Source of the DNA: Torpedo marmorata | Taxonomy: Eukaryota | DNA length: 64,000 nucleotides | Direction of reading: 5' to 3' | Assembly: GCA_977017645.1 (NCBI GenBank) | Contig: OZ360225.1 | Coordinates: 94,984,001-95,048,000 of the forward strand | Part shown: positions 1 to 12,335 of the stretch, piece by piece | How the letters are laid out: the number at the start of each line of letters is the position of its first letter | Numbering within the stretch: position 1 is the first letter of the stretch | The notes under the pieces: generated by a model | The model's database searches: none | Seen by the model: the letters and a program-made list of their open reading frames with translations, nothing else | What the model was told of the DNA's origin: nothing | Made by a program: the position numbers and the translations under genes

Positions 1-685
1 ATATTCATTTTAATACAATTTACCCTTCCCATTAAAGTTATAGGTAAATGTTTCCAATTTTCTAAATCTTTTTTTATTTTCACAAATAATGGTAAATAAT
101 TTAAATCATATAAATTATCCAATTTTGTATCAATCTTTATTCCCAAATATTTAATTCCTTCTTTTGCCCATTTAAATTGTGTAATTTCTTTACATTTACT
201 ATAATCCCCTTGTGATAATGCCATAATTTCACTTTTATCAGAGTTAATTTTATATTCCGATATTTCCCCATATTCTCTCAATAACACAGACAGTTGTACT
301 AAAGATGTAGTAGGTTTTGTCATATATATCAATACATCATCTGCAAATAAACTAATTTTATGTTCTTCCGTTCCAACTTTAATACCAACTATTTTAGGAT
401 CTTTTCTAACTAATTCTGCCAAAGGTTCTATCGCCAAAATAAATAACGCTGGTGACAAAGGACATCCTTGTCTAGTAGATCTAGTCAGGGGAAATCTTGA
501 AGAAATTTGTCCATTTGTAATTACTTTAGCGGATGGTTCTTTATATATAATTTTAATCCAATTAATAAATATGGTTCCAAAACCAAATTTCTCCAATACC
601 TTAAATAAAAAATTCCATTCTAATCTATCAAAAGCCTTTTCAGCATCTAAGGTTAAAACTAATGGTAAATCTTCCTTCTTTTTAT
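1..685 (-). mobile_element. L1-clade LINE ORF2 fragment (RT domain); 3' part runs off the left edge of the window
   Basis: The minus strand translates to KKEDLPLVLTLDAEKAFDRLEW...TRQGCPLSPALF...LFADDVLIY, homologous to the L1 ORF at 4768-6240. Confidence 0.9.
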
Positions 686-1118
686 CTACCCAAAGTAGAG
701 AATCTTTAGATTTACCTTTCTCAATGAGGGAAGTTAATGAAGTTCTTACTTCTTTAAAGAGTGGTAAATCTCCAGGTGAAGATGGATTTCCATCAGAATT
801 TTACAAAGTTTAAAGATTTATTAATACCTCCATATATGGATGTATTGAATCAAATTACGGAAACCCACTTATTACCAGATACTTTCTTAAATGCAATAAT
901 TACAGTCATACCAAAAAAAGATAGAGATGTATTGAAAACTGAATCATATAGACCTATTTCATTGTTAAATGTAGATTATAAGATAATGGAAAAAATTCTA
1001 GCAAATAGAATGGCCAATTATTTACCAGATTTAATTCATGTAGATAAAGCTGGTTTTATTAAAAATAGATATTCAAAAGACAATATAGCTAGATTAATTA
1101 GTTTAATTAATCTACATT
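686..1118 (+). mobile_element. Inverted 5' segment of the same L1 (twin-priming inversion)
   Basis: ORFs 571..813 and 761..1120 give KSPGEDGF...SYRPISLLNVDYK...RLISLINLH, ending exactly where the minus-strand segment begins (KKKEDLP). Confidence 0.85.
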
Positions 1119-1120
1119 AA

Positions 1121-3415
1121 AAGGAATTTGAAGTTCTTGACCTTCTCCACTACTGATCCCTCGATGATGACTGGGTCATGTTCCCCTGACTTCCTCCTGA
1201 AGTCCACAATCATCTCCTTGGTTTTGCTGACGTTGAGCTCAAGGTTGTTGTCGTTACACCATTCAACGAGCTGATCTATCTCCCTCCTGTACGCTTCCTC
1301 ATTGGTGTATGTGATTCTGCCGACAACTGTGGTGTCATCGGCAAACTTGTAGATGGCATTGGAATTGTGCCTGGCCACACAGTCATGGGTGTATAACGAG
1401 TAGAGCTGTGGACTAAGCACGCATCCTTGGGGTGCGCCTGTGTTGATAATCAGTGAGGAGGAGACGTTGTTTCCAATTCGTACTGACTGTGGTCTTTCGA
1501 TGAGAAAGTCAAGGATTCAGTTGCAAAGTGGGGTACAGAGGCCTAGAGTTTGTAGCTTCTTGACCAACACTGAGGGAATAATGGTATTGAAGGCCGAGCT
1601 GTAGTCGATGAAGAGCAGCCGTATGTATGAATTGCTGTTTTCGAGGTGATCCAGAGCTGAGTGGAGAGCCAGCGATATTGCATCTGCTGTGGAGCGATTG
1701 TGATGATAGGCAAATTGCAGTGGGTCCTGATCTTTGCTTAGGTACATCTTAATTCTGGCCATGGCCAGCCTCTCAAAGCATTTCATCACAGTAGAAGTTA
1801 GTGCTGCTGGGCGGTAGTCGTTTAGGCAGCCCACACTACTCTTCTTGGGTACCGGGATGATTGATGCCCTTTTGAAGCAGGTGGGAACCTCTGACTGCCG
1901 CAATGAGAGGTTGAGAATGTCCGTGAACACTCCGGCTAGTTGGTTGGCGCAGATTTTCAGTACCCTGCCAGGTACGCCGTCAGGGCCTGACGCCTTGCGA
2001 GGGTTCACCCTCTTTAATGATGTTCTGACGTCGCCCTCAGAGACAGATATCACGGGTCCTCAGCCTTTTCAGGGATTCTAGTAGGCACTGTTTTGTTCTT
2101 CTTCTCCAAGCGGGCATAGAAGGTGTTCAGCTCATCGGGTAGTGAAGCATCACAGCCGTCTATAGTGTTTGCCGTCGCTTTGTAGGCTGTAATGGCCTGC
2201 ACTCCTTGCCATAGCTGGCATGTATCTGTGTCTGTCTCTAGCTTCCTCCGGAATTGCCACTTTGCTTCAGAGATGGCCTTCCGCAGGTCGTGCCTGGACT
2301 TTTTGTAAAGATCCTGGTCCCCAGCCTTAAACGCCCTTGTTCTCATCCTCAGCAGGTTGCGAATTCTCTGATTCATCCAGGGCTTCTGGTTGGGGAACAC
2401 CCGGTATTTGCACGTGGGCACACACTCATCCACGCAGGTCTTGATGAAGTCGGTGACACCTGTTGCATATTCATTTAGGTCTATGGCTAAGTGCTTGAAT
2501 ATGTTCCAGTCCACCGATTCAAAGCAGTCCTGCAGACGCTCCTCCGCCCCCCTCGACCATACTTTTGCCGTCTTCACCACTGGTGCTGTGGTCTTCAGTC
2601 TCTGCTTGTACGCCGGGAGTAGAAGTACAGCCAGGTGATCAGACTTGCCGAAGTGCTGTCGTGGTATGGCTCGGTATGCGTTCTTCATGGTGGTGTAGCA
2701 GAGGTCGAGTGTTTTAGTTCCCCTGGTCTCGCATGTGATGTGTTTGTGGTAGTTTGTCAGTGACTTCTTCAGGTTTGCCTGATTGAAGTCCCCTACAATG
2801 ATCGGGACAGCATCAGGATGTGCTGTCTCATGGCTGTTTATCACAGTGCTCAGTCCCTCCAGTGCCAGCCTATAGTTAGCCTGGGCGGAAAGTACACTGC
2901 GACCAGGATGATGGCAGTGAACTCCCTCGGCAGATAGAATGGGCGACACTTGATCGCCAGATGTTCCAGGTCGGGGGAGCAGGACTGGGACATGACCATC
3001 ACGTCTGTGCACCACGATGAATTGATGATGACACAAACGCCGCCTCCCCTGGTTTTTCCAGACGCCGGTGTTCGGTCAGCGCGATGGAGGGTGTAGCCCT
3101 TGGGCTGCAGCGCCGTGTCCGGAATGTCCGCGTTTAGCCACGTTTCTGTAAAGCACATCACACAGCACTCCCTGATGACTCTCTGATGTTGAAGTCTGGC
3201 TTGGAGTTCATCACGTTTGTTCTCCAAGGATTGTACGTTGGCCAGGAGGATGGTAGGGAGCGGAAGCTTCAGGTCCCCGCGTCTCAGCTTGACCTGTAGC
3301 TCCCCTTTGCGTCCACGTGGTCGGTTTTCTTTACCTGGCCCCTGGGTCCGCTGCTGGTAGTTCCCGCAGTGTTGAAACAGTCCGTGCGCTGTCCCTTTAA
3401 ATCCTCCGCGACGTG
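1121..3415 (-). mobile_element. Rex1/Babar non-LTR retrotransposon (APE endonuclease + RT), frameshifted, interrupted by the L1
   Basis: LPTILLANVQSLENK, CFTETWL, IIVGDFN, SDH, KASGPDG and YKFADDTT motifs; near-identical to the copies at 8451, 28754 and 48143. The 5' boundary is approximate. Confidence 0.9.
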
Positions 3416-3594
3416 TACATTTTCCCAGGACATCTTGTGTCCCGGGAAAAGTTCCAGCGAAGCCTGGACCTCCGGGTTCTTTCAGACTGCAGCCTAACTT
3501 ACCTGGAGAAGTAGCAACCAGTCAATTTAAGGGCGGTCCCGCCTCCAACGATGACGATGCGAGTGACACGTTATGCACTCACAGGAAATGTTTC

Positions 3595-3811
3595 AAAAAA
3601 CAACGGGCCCGCTCAGGGCGGCGGCTCAATGCGGGATCAATGGCCGTCTTCGTTACCTATAATCCCCCACGCAGCTGGAACTGCTCTGCCACTTTGCCAG
3701 CGCCAGGGAAACGCAGAGCGGTTCCAGCTGCATGGGGGAATTATGGGTAACGAAGACGGCCATTGATCCTGCATTGAGCCGCCGCCGCCCTGAGGGGGCC
3801 CATTGTTTTTT
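3595..3811. repeat. Long inverted repeat (arms of ~95-99 bp, spacer of ~23 bp)
   Basis: 3595-3689 (aaaaaacaacgggccc...ctgctctgc) is the reverse complement of 3713-3811 (gcagagcgg...cattgtttttt), with about 6 substitutions and 2 small indels. Confidence 0.95.
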
Positions 3812-3864
3812 CATTTTGGTAAGCTACAAGTTTTTCAATTTTAAAATACTTTGAATAAATAGCG

Positions 3865-3967
3865 ACCCTCTGTCTGCGTTACGGTAGACAAAAATTAAAG
3901 AATTTCATGTATGTTACATTCTAAATGTAGTATTACGTGACAATAATGGAACCTTTACCTTTACCTT
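3865..3967 (+). mobile_element. Short LINE 3' tail (Rex-like) ending in (CTTTAC)n
   Basis: aagaatttcatg...gtgacaataa followed by a short microsatellite, the same layout as the other Rex tails in the window. Confidence 0.45.
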
Positions 3968-4311
3968 TTATATTGTGGCTTAGGTCCCTTTGGCGTCGTT
4001 AAAGTAACATTTATTTTGTTGTATCTCTTATTTCTATTTTTATGGGTTTTATGTGACGCAAGCACGCAGGCGTTGATGTCAGTAATATTACTGGGTGAGC
4101 CATTTGCTTTTTCAGACCGCCAGAGGATTGCTGCCTGGTTAACTCGGCCGGGCTCCGAGAGTACCCCCGACTAGCTCTCAGAGCCCAGTCGATTTTGACT
4201 TGCCATGCAAGGTTGGGCCTTTTCAGACTGGACATTTTACAGGTAAGATCCCGGGAAATCGGACGGTCTGCCCACATACACTCGGCGGTGTGAAAGGGCT
4301 TACTGTCTCAC

Positions 4312-4440
4312 CACCTCCCCTTCCCTTTTTTTACCAGCTATCTTTCCCCTCCACTCTGTCCTGATGCAGAGTCTCGACCCAAAGTGTTGACAATGCCTTC
4401 CCATCCCTCTGCAGATGCTGCTCAACCCACTGAGCTTGCT
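4312..4440 (+). mobile_element. Degraded Penelope-like pLTR fragment with a decayed hammerhead core
   Basis: cctgatgcagagtctcgacccaaagtgttgac...gcagatgctgctcaacccactgag resembles the CTGATGA-stemII-GAAAC motif of PLE pLTRs. Confidence 0.6.
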
Positions 4441-4764
4441 TTTAAATCTTATAATATTTATGCATTCTCACTGTCCCCGACATTATGAGTGGAGAATTGC
4501 TAAGAAAGTACTCATTGTCAGAAAAAGCAGAAAATTATGGATGTTAACATCTGGATGAAAAACCTTTGTAGTTCAGACGGTGTAGTAATATGTCGAGGTG
4601 ATTATATTATGCTATGTCCATCACATAATTTACATTTATATTTTATTTTCAGTCTGGGTTCTCACATTTAGTTTTCCTCAGTTTTCAGAAAGATAAGTCA
4701 AATTATAGTCAATATGACATTTATAAATTTCCTGGTAAAAAAATTAAGATAATCTTTAGTTTTT

Positions 4765-7513
4765 ACGATGAGAGAAGTTACTGAGGCAATATCGACGTTG
4801 AAAAGTGGTAAATCTCCGGGTGATGATGGATTTCCAGTAGAATTTTATAAAGAATTTAAAGATTTATTGATACCTTTATATATGGAGGTATTGAATCAAG
4901 TTACTGAAACTCATTTATTACCGAAGACATTTTTAAACGCTATTATTATGGTTATACCAAAGAAAGATAGAGATGTGTTGAAAACTGAGTCTTATAGGCC
5001 TATTTCATTGTTAAATGTAGATTATAAAATAATGGCAAAAATTTTAGCAAATAGATTAGCTAAATATTTACCAAATCTAATACATTCAGATCAAGCTGGA
5101 TTTATTAAGAATAGATATTCGAAAGATAATATAGCTAGATTGATAAGTTTGATTAATATATATAAGAAGAAACAAGATTTACCATTGGTGGTAACATTGG
5201 ATGCAGAGAAGGCTTTTGATAGGGTAGAGTGGAATTTTTTATTTAAGGTTTTGGAAAAATTTGGATTTGGAGATAATTTTATAAATTGGATTAAAACTAT
5301 ATATAAAGAACCTACGGCTAAAGTAGTTACAAATGGACAAATATCGCAAAAATTTTTGTTATCAAGATCAACAAGACAGGGATGCCCTCTGTCACCTGCT
5401 TTGTTTGTTTTGGTAATAGAACCTTTAGCTGAAATGATTAGAGAAGATATAAATATAATGGGAATAAAAGTTGGTGGGGAAGAACATAAGATTAGCTTGT
5501 TTGCAGATGACGTATTAATATATATGACAAAATCTGTTACATCACTTCAGCAATTGGCTACTATATTGATAGAATATGGTGAGATATCTGGATATAAAAT
5601 TAATTCAGATAAAAGTGAGATTTTGGCTTTATCTCAAAGGGATTATACTAGATGTAGAGAAGTTACGGACTTTAAATGGGCTAAAGAAAGTATTAAATAT
5701 TTGGGAGTTAAAATGGATACAAAGTTGGAAAATTTGTATAAATTAAACTATACACCTTTATTTATGAAAATAAAAAAAGATTTAGAACTTTGGAAAGACC
5801 TACCTATAACTTTGATGGGAAGAGTAAATTGTATTAAAATGAATGTTTTTCCAAGAATTCAATATCTTTTTCAATCGATTCCTTATGGTATTCCAAATAA
5901 ATTTTTTAAAGATTTAAAATTTGTTATTAGGAAATTTTTATGGAAAGGAAAGTTGGCAAGAGTAAGTATAGATAAATTAACATGGAATTATGAGATGGGA
6001 GGGTTACAACTTCCCAATTTTCAGTATTATTATAAAGTAGCTCAATTAAAGTTTATCAATGAATTTTTTGATTCAACTAAATCTTCTGCTTGGATTAATA
6101 TAGAATTGAATAATATAGGAGAAATACATAAAGAAGAGATTATTTACAAGTGGAATTTGTTATCAGTTAAAAAGAAAAATTCACCAATTATTAAACATTT
6201 GTTGGAAATTTGGTCACAGGTAGATAAAGAGATAGGTTGAAAAGGATCAATTTCTTTAAATACACCAATATATCAGAATCCGCTTATTCCATTTTCTATT
6301 GACAATCAATTACTTAAAATATGGTTTCAAAAGGGAATTAAGACTTTAAAAGATTGTTTTGAAGCTGGTAGATTTATTACTTTTCAAAGGTTAAAAGAAA
6401 AATTTAATATATTAGATAATACAATGTTAGTTTATTTTCAAGTTAAAGCTTTTTTGATTGAGAGATTAGGGAATGAATTAATAGCACCAAGACAAAATGA
6501 ATTGGAATTGTTAATTACTAAAGCTAATATTAATAAGTTTATATCACAAATGTATAAATTATTTCAGAGAAAGATGTCTAAAGTAGGGTTGCATAAATCT
6601 AGATTAAAATGGGAATTAGACTTAAATGAAAATCATTGGAAAGATTTATGTAAATTAAGTATGACTAAAGTTATTAATGTTAGATATAGATGAAAATCAT
6701 TGGAAAGATTTATGTAAATTAAGTATGACTAAAGTTATTAATGTTAGATATAGATTAGTACAATATAATTTTTTACATCAATTATATTTAACACCTAAAA
6801 AATTGAAGAAATTTAATCCAGCGTTATCAGATATGTGTTTTAGATGTAAAAGTGAAATAGGTTCTTTTGAACATTGTACATGGTTATGTTCAAAAATTCA
6901 AGATTTTTGGTTGAAAGTTAAGAATTTTTTAGAAAGAATTTTTAATGTTGGATTTACAATGGATCCTATGTTATTTTTATTTGGAGATATTAAAAAATTT
7001 AGTATTAGAAATAGATTAAATATGTACCAAGTAGAATTTTTACGTATAGTATTAGCAGTTTCGAAAAAATGTATAGCTATTACTTGGAAGTCAGATGTGG
7101 ATTTAAGTTTAGAACGATGGCATGCAGAGTTACGCTCATGTATACCATTAGAAAAAATTACTTATAACTTTCGAAATAAATATCATTCTTTCTTGAAAAT
7201 TTGGGGCCCATATATGAGGATTATGGGTTTAACAATTTAAATTCTCTAGATATCGGATCCACTGGCGAAAATAACCTAAGGTAAATTAGTTTTAAGTTTG
7301 CTGTCTCCTCATCCTATTTTTCTATCTTTCCTTTTTCTTTCTCTCTTTTACTATATTATATTTTATTTTTAGAGTAGTGGGGATATAGGGGTTAGGGAAG
7401 GGAGGGTGGGAAGGGGGGGAGAAAATGTATATCACATGTATTTTTGAAATATATGCAAAATTATTTTATGTATTTTGTGATTTAAAAATTTAAATAAAAT
7501 ATATTTTTTTAAA
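4765..7513 (+). mobile_element. 5'-truncated L1-clade LINE (ORF2 RT + C-terminal CCHC, 3' UTR)
   Basis: ORFs 4768..6240 (LDAEKAFD, QGCPLSP, FADD), 6424..6693 and 6677..7240 (CFRC...H...C); G-rich 3' UTR and AATAAA; 14-bp TSD AATCTTTAGTTTTT at 4751-4764 and 7514-7527. Confidence 0.95.
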
Positions 7514-7611
7514 AATCTTTAGTTTTTGCAGTTTTCATTTTCCAGTGTAAAATGTCAGAGCTACATTTCATCCGTTTAGCTTGTCCTAAAAATATTTTCA
7601 CCAAAATCTTA

Positions 7612-8450
7612 CGTCACCAAAATTATAGTGTAAATGGTGAAGAAGGTTGTGAAAGGATAAAAGAGGATATAGATCAGTTGGAAATATGGTTGGAAAAACG
7701 GCAAATAGAGTTTAATTTGTGCGGTGTTTCACTTTGAGAGATCAAAAAGAAGTGGAAAATAAACAGTAAATGACTTGATCTTTGGGAGTATTTATGTACA
7801 GAGAGATCTTGGAGTGGAAGTTCACAGCTCCCTGAAAGTAGATCGGGTGATATAGAAGGCATACGTCATACTGCCTTAAGGGCATTTAGTATGGAATTTG
7901 GCAAGTCATGTTGCAGCTGGATAAGATTTTTGTGAGGCCACATTTGGAGTAATCATGGAATTCTGATCACTGGAATACAGTAAAGATGCAGTGGCTTTGA
8001 AGAGGTTGCAGAAGAGGTTCACTTGGATGTTGCTGAACTAGAGAGTGATAGCAAAAGGGAGAGTTTGGACAAATGGGTTGTTTTCTCGGGAATGTCAGAG
8101 GCTGAGGGGAGACATGATAGAAGGACATAAAATTATGAAAGGCATAGTTAGGGTAGGCCTTTTTTCCAGGGTGGAAATACTAGAGGGCATAGCTTTAAGA
8201 TGAGTGGGCAGGAGGAGTATAAAGAGGATATGTGGGGCAAGTTTTTTTTTTACACAGAGTGTCAGGTGCCTGAATCACTGCCAGGGGAAGTGGAGGAAGC
8301 ATATATCATACAGACGTTTGAAAGGCATTTAGGCAAGTATATAAACATACAAAGAATGGAGGGATACACTCCATGTGTAGTTGGACGACTTTGGTTTAAA
8401 TTGGCATCGTGGTTGGCACTGAAATTATGGCTGAAGGGCCTGTTCCTATG
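7612..8450 (+). mobile_element. Old degraded CR1 LINE 3' portion
   Basis: EEGCERIKEDIDQL..WLEKRQIEFN, a RPHLEY-like segment, gcagaagaggttcac, and the CR1 3' motif ggctgaagggcctgttcctatgc. Confidence 0.8.
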
Positions 8451-9872
8451 CATTTTCAACCTCTCATTGCGGCAGTCAGAGGTTCCCACCTGCTTCAAAA
8501 GGGCATCATTCATCCGGGTACCCAAGAAGAGTAGTGTGAGCTGCCTCAACGACTACCGCCCAGTAGCGCTAACTTCTACTGTGATGAAATGCTTTGAGAG
8601 GCTGGTCATGGCCAGAATTAACACGTACCTAAGCAATGATCTGGACCCACTGCAATCCGCCTATCGCCACAATCACTCCACAGCAGATGCAATATCGCTG
8701 GCTCTCCACTCAGCTCTGGATCACCTCGAAAACAGCAATTCATACATACGGCTGCTCTTTATCGACTACAGCTCGGCCTTCAATACCATTATTCCCTCAG
8801 TGCTGGTCAAGAAGCTACAAACTCCAGGCCTCTGTACCCCCCTCTGCAACTGGATCCTTGACTTTCTCATCGGAAGACCACAGTCAGTACGAATTGGAAA
8901 CAACGTCTCCTCCTCACTGATTATCAACACAGGCGCACCCCAAGGATGCGTGCTTAGTCCACTGCTCTACTCATTATACACCCATGACTGTGTGGCAAGG
9001 CACAATTCCAATGCCATCTACAAGTTTGCCGATGACACCACAGTTGTCGGCAGAATCACAAACGGCAATGAGGAAGCGTACAGGAGGGAGATAGATCAGC
9101 TCGTTGAATGGTGTAATGGCAACAACCTTGAGCTCAATGTCAGCAAAACCAAGGAGATAATTGTGGACTTCAGGGGGAAGTCAGGGGAACACGACCCAGT
9201 CCTCATCGAGGGCTCAGTCGTGGAGAGGGTCAAGAACTTCAAATTCCTGGGTGTCAAAATCTCTGAGGATCTGTCCTGGAGCATCCACGTTGATGCAATC
9301 ACAAAGAAGGCTCGTCAGCGGCTATACTTTGTGAGGTGTCTGCGGAGATTCGGTATGTCACCAAAGACTCTTGTAAACTTCTACAGGTGTACCGTGGAGA
9401 GCATTCTGGCTGGTTGCATCACTGCCTAGTATGGAGGCGCCAACTCCCAGGACAAGAGTAAACTCCAGAGGGTTGTTAACTCGGCCTGTGACATCACAGG
9501 CACCAAACCTCACTCCATCGAGGACCTCTACATGAGGCGGTGTCTTAAAAAAGCAGCCTCTATCCTCAAAGACCCCCACCACCCAGGCCATGCCCTCTTC
9601 ACTCTGCTTCCATCGGGAAAAATGTACAGGAGCCTAAAGACGAACACTCAACGGCACAAGGACAGCTTCTTCCCCGCTGCCATCAGATTCCTGAATATTC
9701 AATGAACCAAAGACACTGCCTTACTTTTCGTGCACTATTGTTTATAATTTTTTTTATAGTAATGTCGTTAGATGGTTAATATGAATGTTAATTGCACTAT
9801 GATGCTGCCGCAAAACACCGAATTTCATGACTTGTTCATGACAATAAATTCTGATTCTGATTCTGATTCTGA
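8451..9872 (+). mobile_element. 5'-truncated Rex1/Babar LINE (RT + C-terminal domain) with (ATTCTG)n tail
   Basis: [19 protein letters not shown] and YKFADD; premature TAG at 9427-9429; ends in catgacaataaattctgattctgattctg. Confidence 0.95.
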
Positions 9873-10009
9873 TGTTTGATGTAAATGCCCTCTTCATGTG
9901 TGCTAGAATTCACCATTTTAGAAAGGTGATAGATTATGTTATTATTTTTGCCAATGGTGATTTTTTGTGTATTTGATTTACTTCTGAATTCAGTTTTCTA
10001 ACTCATCCT

Positions 10010-10380
10010 GCAGCACCTACAACTTGGGGTTGGAAGATTGTTCAAATCCCTTCCAAGGGATAAGAGTGCAGAAACCTAAGCTGAATTCTGGTGCAGTACT
10101 GAGAAAGTACTGCAGCATTTTGCATGTCATACCGCAGGTGGATGCAAAACATCCCATGGTGCGACTTCAAAGAGGAGGGGAATTTTGTTGGTGCATTTGC
10201 AAATATTCACCACTCTTTCAATATTTGTGAACAATCATTATCACCTTGCTTTTGTTGCACAGTTTACCACGTGCAAATTGACATGCACATTTTCTGCATT
10301 ATGTCAGCAACAAATTACTTAACTGTAAAGTCTCATCGGTTAATGGGAAATGTGTTACGTAAATGATGTGTTTCTTTTAT
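10010..10380 (+). mobile_element. Highly diverged Deu-domain SINE (AmnSINE1/SacSINE1-like)
   Basis: gtgcagtactgag...caggtggatgcaaaacatcccatgg...tcattatcacc...gtgcaaattg...ctgtaaag match, in order, my recollection of the DeuSINE consensus. Confidence 0.65.
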
Positions 10381-12082
10381 TTTAGGGGAGTTTTTGAAGT
10401 TGGATTTACTTTATACTTCTATTGCAGCTCATATCATGTGAACCAAGAAATGCAAAATAAAAATAATAAATGGAAATATGGTAGCACTGTGGAGCAAATA
10501 GATAATTTAATATTTTAATGGATCTTTTTGAAGAATAGTAGATTGAAATATAAGCAAAACTCTGTGAGATTAGAGAAAAAGAGAGACAGTAATAAATTAT
10601 TTTGCGATTTATTTCATACCTGAGCTGTCATATTTATCCACCCTTGGCCTCCAGGCAACATTTATCGCAATACTGCTTGTTTTCAAAATATATTTTGTGG
10701 TAGGCCTTGCACCTTTTCAAGATTTTTATCAGGAAAGGGCATTTATGCCAAATACATATGATTTTCTGAAAAGATTCTATTTACAAATTCTATTGGCAAA
10801 AGAAATTGCAACAGCTTTCAATTTCTCAAATCATCTGCAAATTATAGGATAAATTTACTCAAAAGATTATTAGTCCTATTTACTTTAGATTGTGTTGCCA
10901 CACTTCAAGGAATAAACAAAATGCTCTAGACATGCATCCAACCTAATCATGTGAGATGAATGTCTCGTAGTTAGGATAGAAATCTTTGCAATCATCTTTA
11001 GAATGAATGTATGTAAACTATCAAATGTCCACGTTGGGCTTGTAAAGGTGAGCAGTAACGTAACATTTTCATTTCTTTTTGATGGATTCCATAATGTGCT
11101 GCATATTTCATAGCTTCGCAGGCAATAATGATGATACAAGCAGAATTTGTCTGAATCAGACCTTTGAATTTGTATGAAATAAAATATGGAAGTACTGCAT
11201 GTTTAATGCTTTTGGAAGAACAGTATAATGCTGCTGAATGTGGCAGAACTGAATCACTGAATAAAACCAACACATGCTGGCACATTCAAACTCCACATGA
11301 CATTGAATTTAATATGTCCTCCCCAGCACAGCAATGTCTCACCAGGTTATCCTTTAATAATTCCCAATATGGAAAAAGGCAGATGTGACAAGACCAGCTG
11401 ATTCATTGACCCTCTCATGTTCCACCATGATGGCTAAGGCCTCATGTCAAAATGCTCGAAGTGCCAAGCTTTCTCCATGGGAAAGGCATAAAATGGAATA
11501 AAGACACAAGAACACTTCAGAAAGAGAAACTGGAATTTTATTTGATTGCTCCAGGCCACAGTTGCCAAACTGGAGTGTGTGAGCAGCATATTGGGGCTGT
11601 GAGCATGTCAGATTGTTGGGATTCTGATGCAACATTGCATAATTAGAGAAAGTGCACCAACATTCCATTCATGTGAATTTCATTATATTTCAAAGAAACG
11701 ATGTACATTTCAGTCTCAGAACATTGGCAACATCAGCCAATCAGAGCTGTTTGAATGTCTGCTGATTTCTGAAATTAATCAATTAGAGCTGTTTCTGGTG
11801 CAGTCTAATCAGTGGCATGCTGAACGTCTTCCTTAAGGTAACACAGAATGCCACCTGGAGACCAAATATTTTGTCGTTAAAGATAAAGATATTTTTGAAA
11901 GCAAAGGCATACTCAAAGTGAGCAATGGGGTGAGGTGACATAGGAGCTGGAGAGATGAGCCAAAGAAAAATATAAAATATTAAGTCATGGACCTACACAA
12001 CATGATTGTCCTATTAATTTAAATATGGGTGTGCATTTTCCCCCAAACCCAGAAATGTAAGTCCTGCTCATAATTCAAAAAC

Positions 12083-12335
12083 TCATAGAGTCATAGCATT
12101 TTACAGCATGGAAACAGGCCCTTAGGCCCAACTTGTACATACTGACCAAGCTAAGTCCCATTTGTCTGTGTTCAGCTCATATCCCTCTAAACCTTTCCTA
12201 TCCCAGTACCTGCCTAAATGTCTTTTGATCATTAGAATGGTTTCTGTTTCTACTATTTCCTCTGGCAGCTTATTCCATTTACCCCCCACCCTCTGTGTGA
12301 TCCCATTTGGATCTTTTCCCTCTTGCCCTCTAGTT
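12083..12335 (-). mobile_element. CR1 3'-end fragment
   Basis: catagagtcatag...acagcatggaaacaggccctt...ccctctaaacctttcctatcc, a typical CR1 3' end on the minus strand. Confidence 0.7.

Larger units (their letters stand above)
3418..4299. mobile_element. Probable non-autonomous PIF/Harbinger-like DNA transposon (right part)
   Basis: The right end GGTGTGAAAGGGC is followed by TTA (Harbinger-type TIR and TWA target). TTTCAGAC(T/C)G motifs recur at ~3479, ~4110 and ~4221. The left TIR is not seen. Confidence 0.45.

Noticed and set aside
8200-9429. 409-aa ORF with a novel-looking N-terminus
   Set aside because: Chance read-through from a decayed CR1 3' end into a 5'-truncated Rex RT at 8451.
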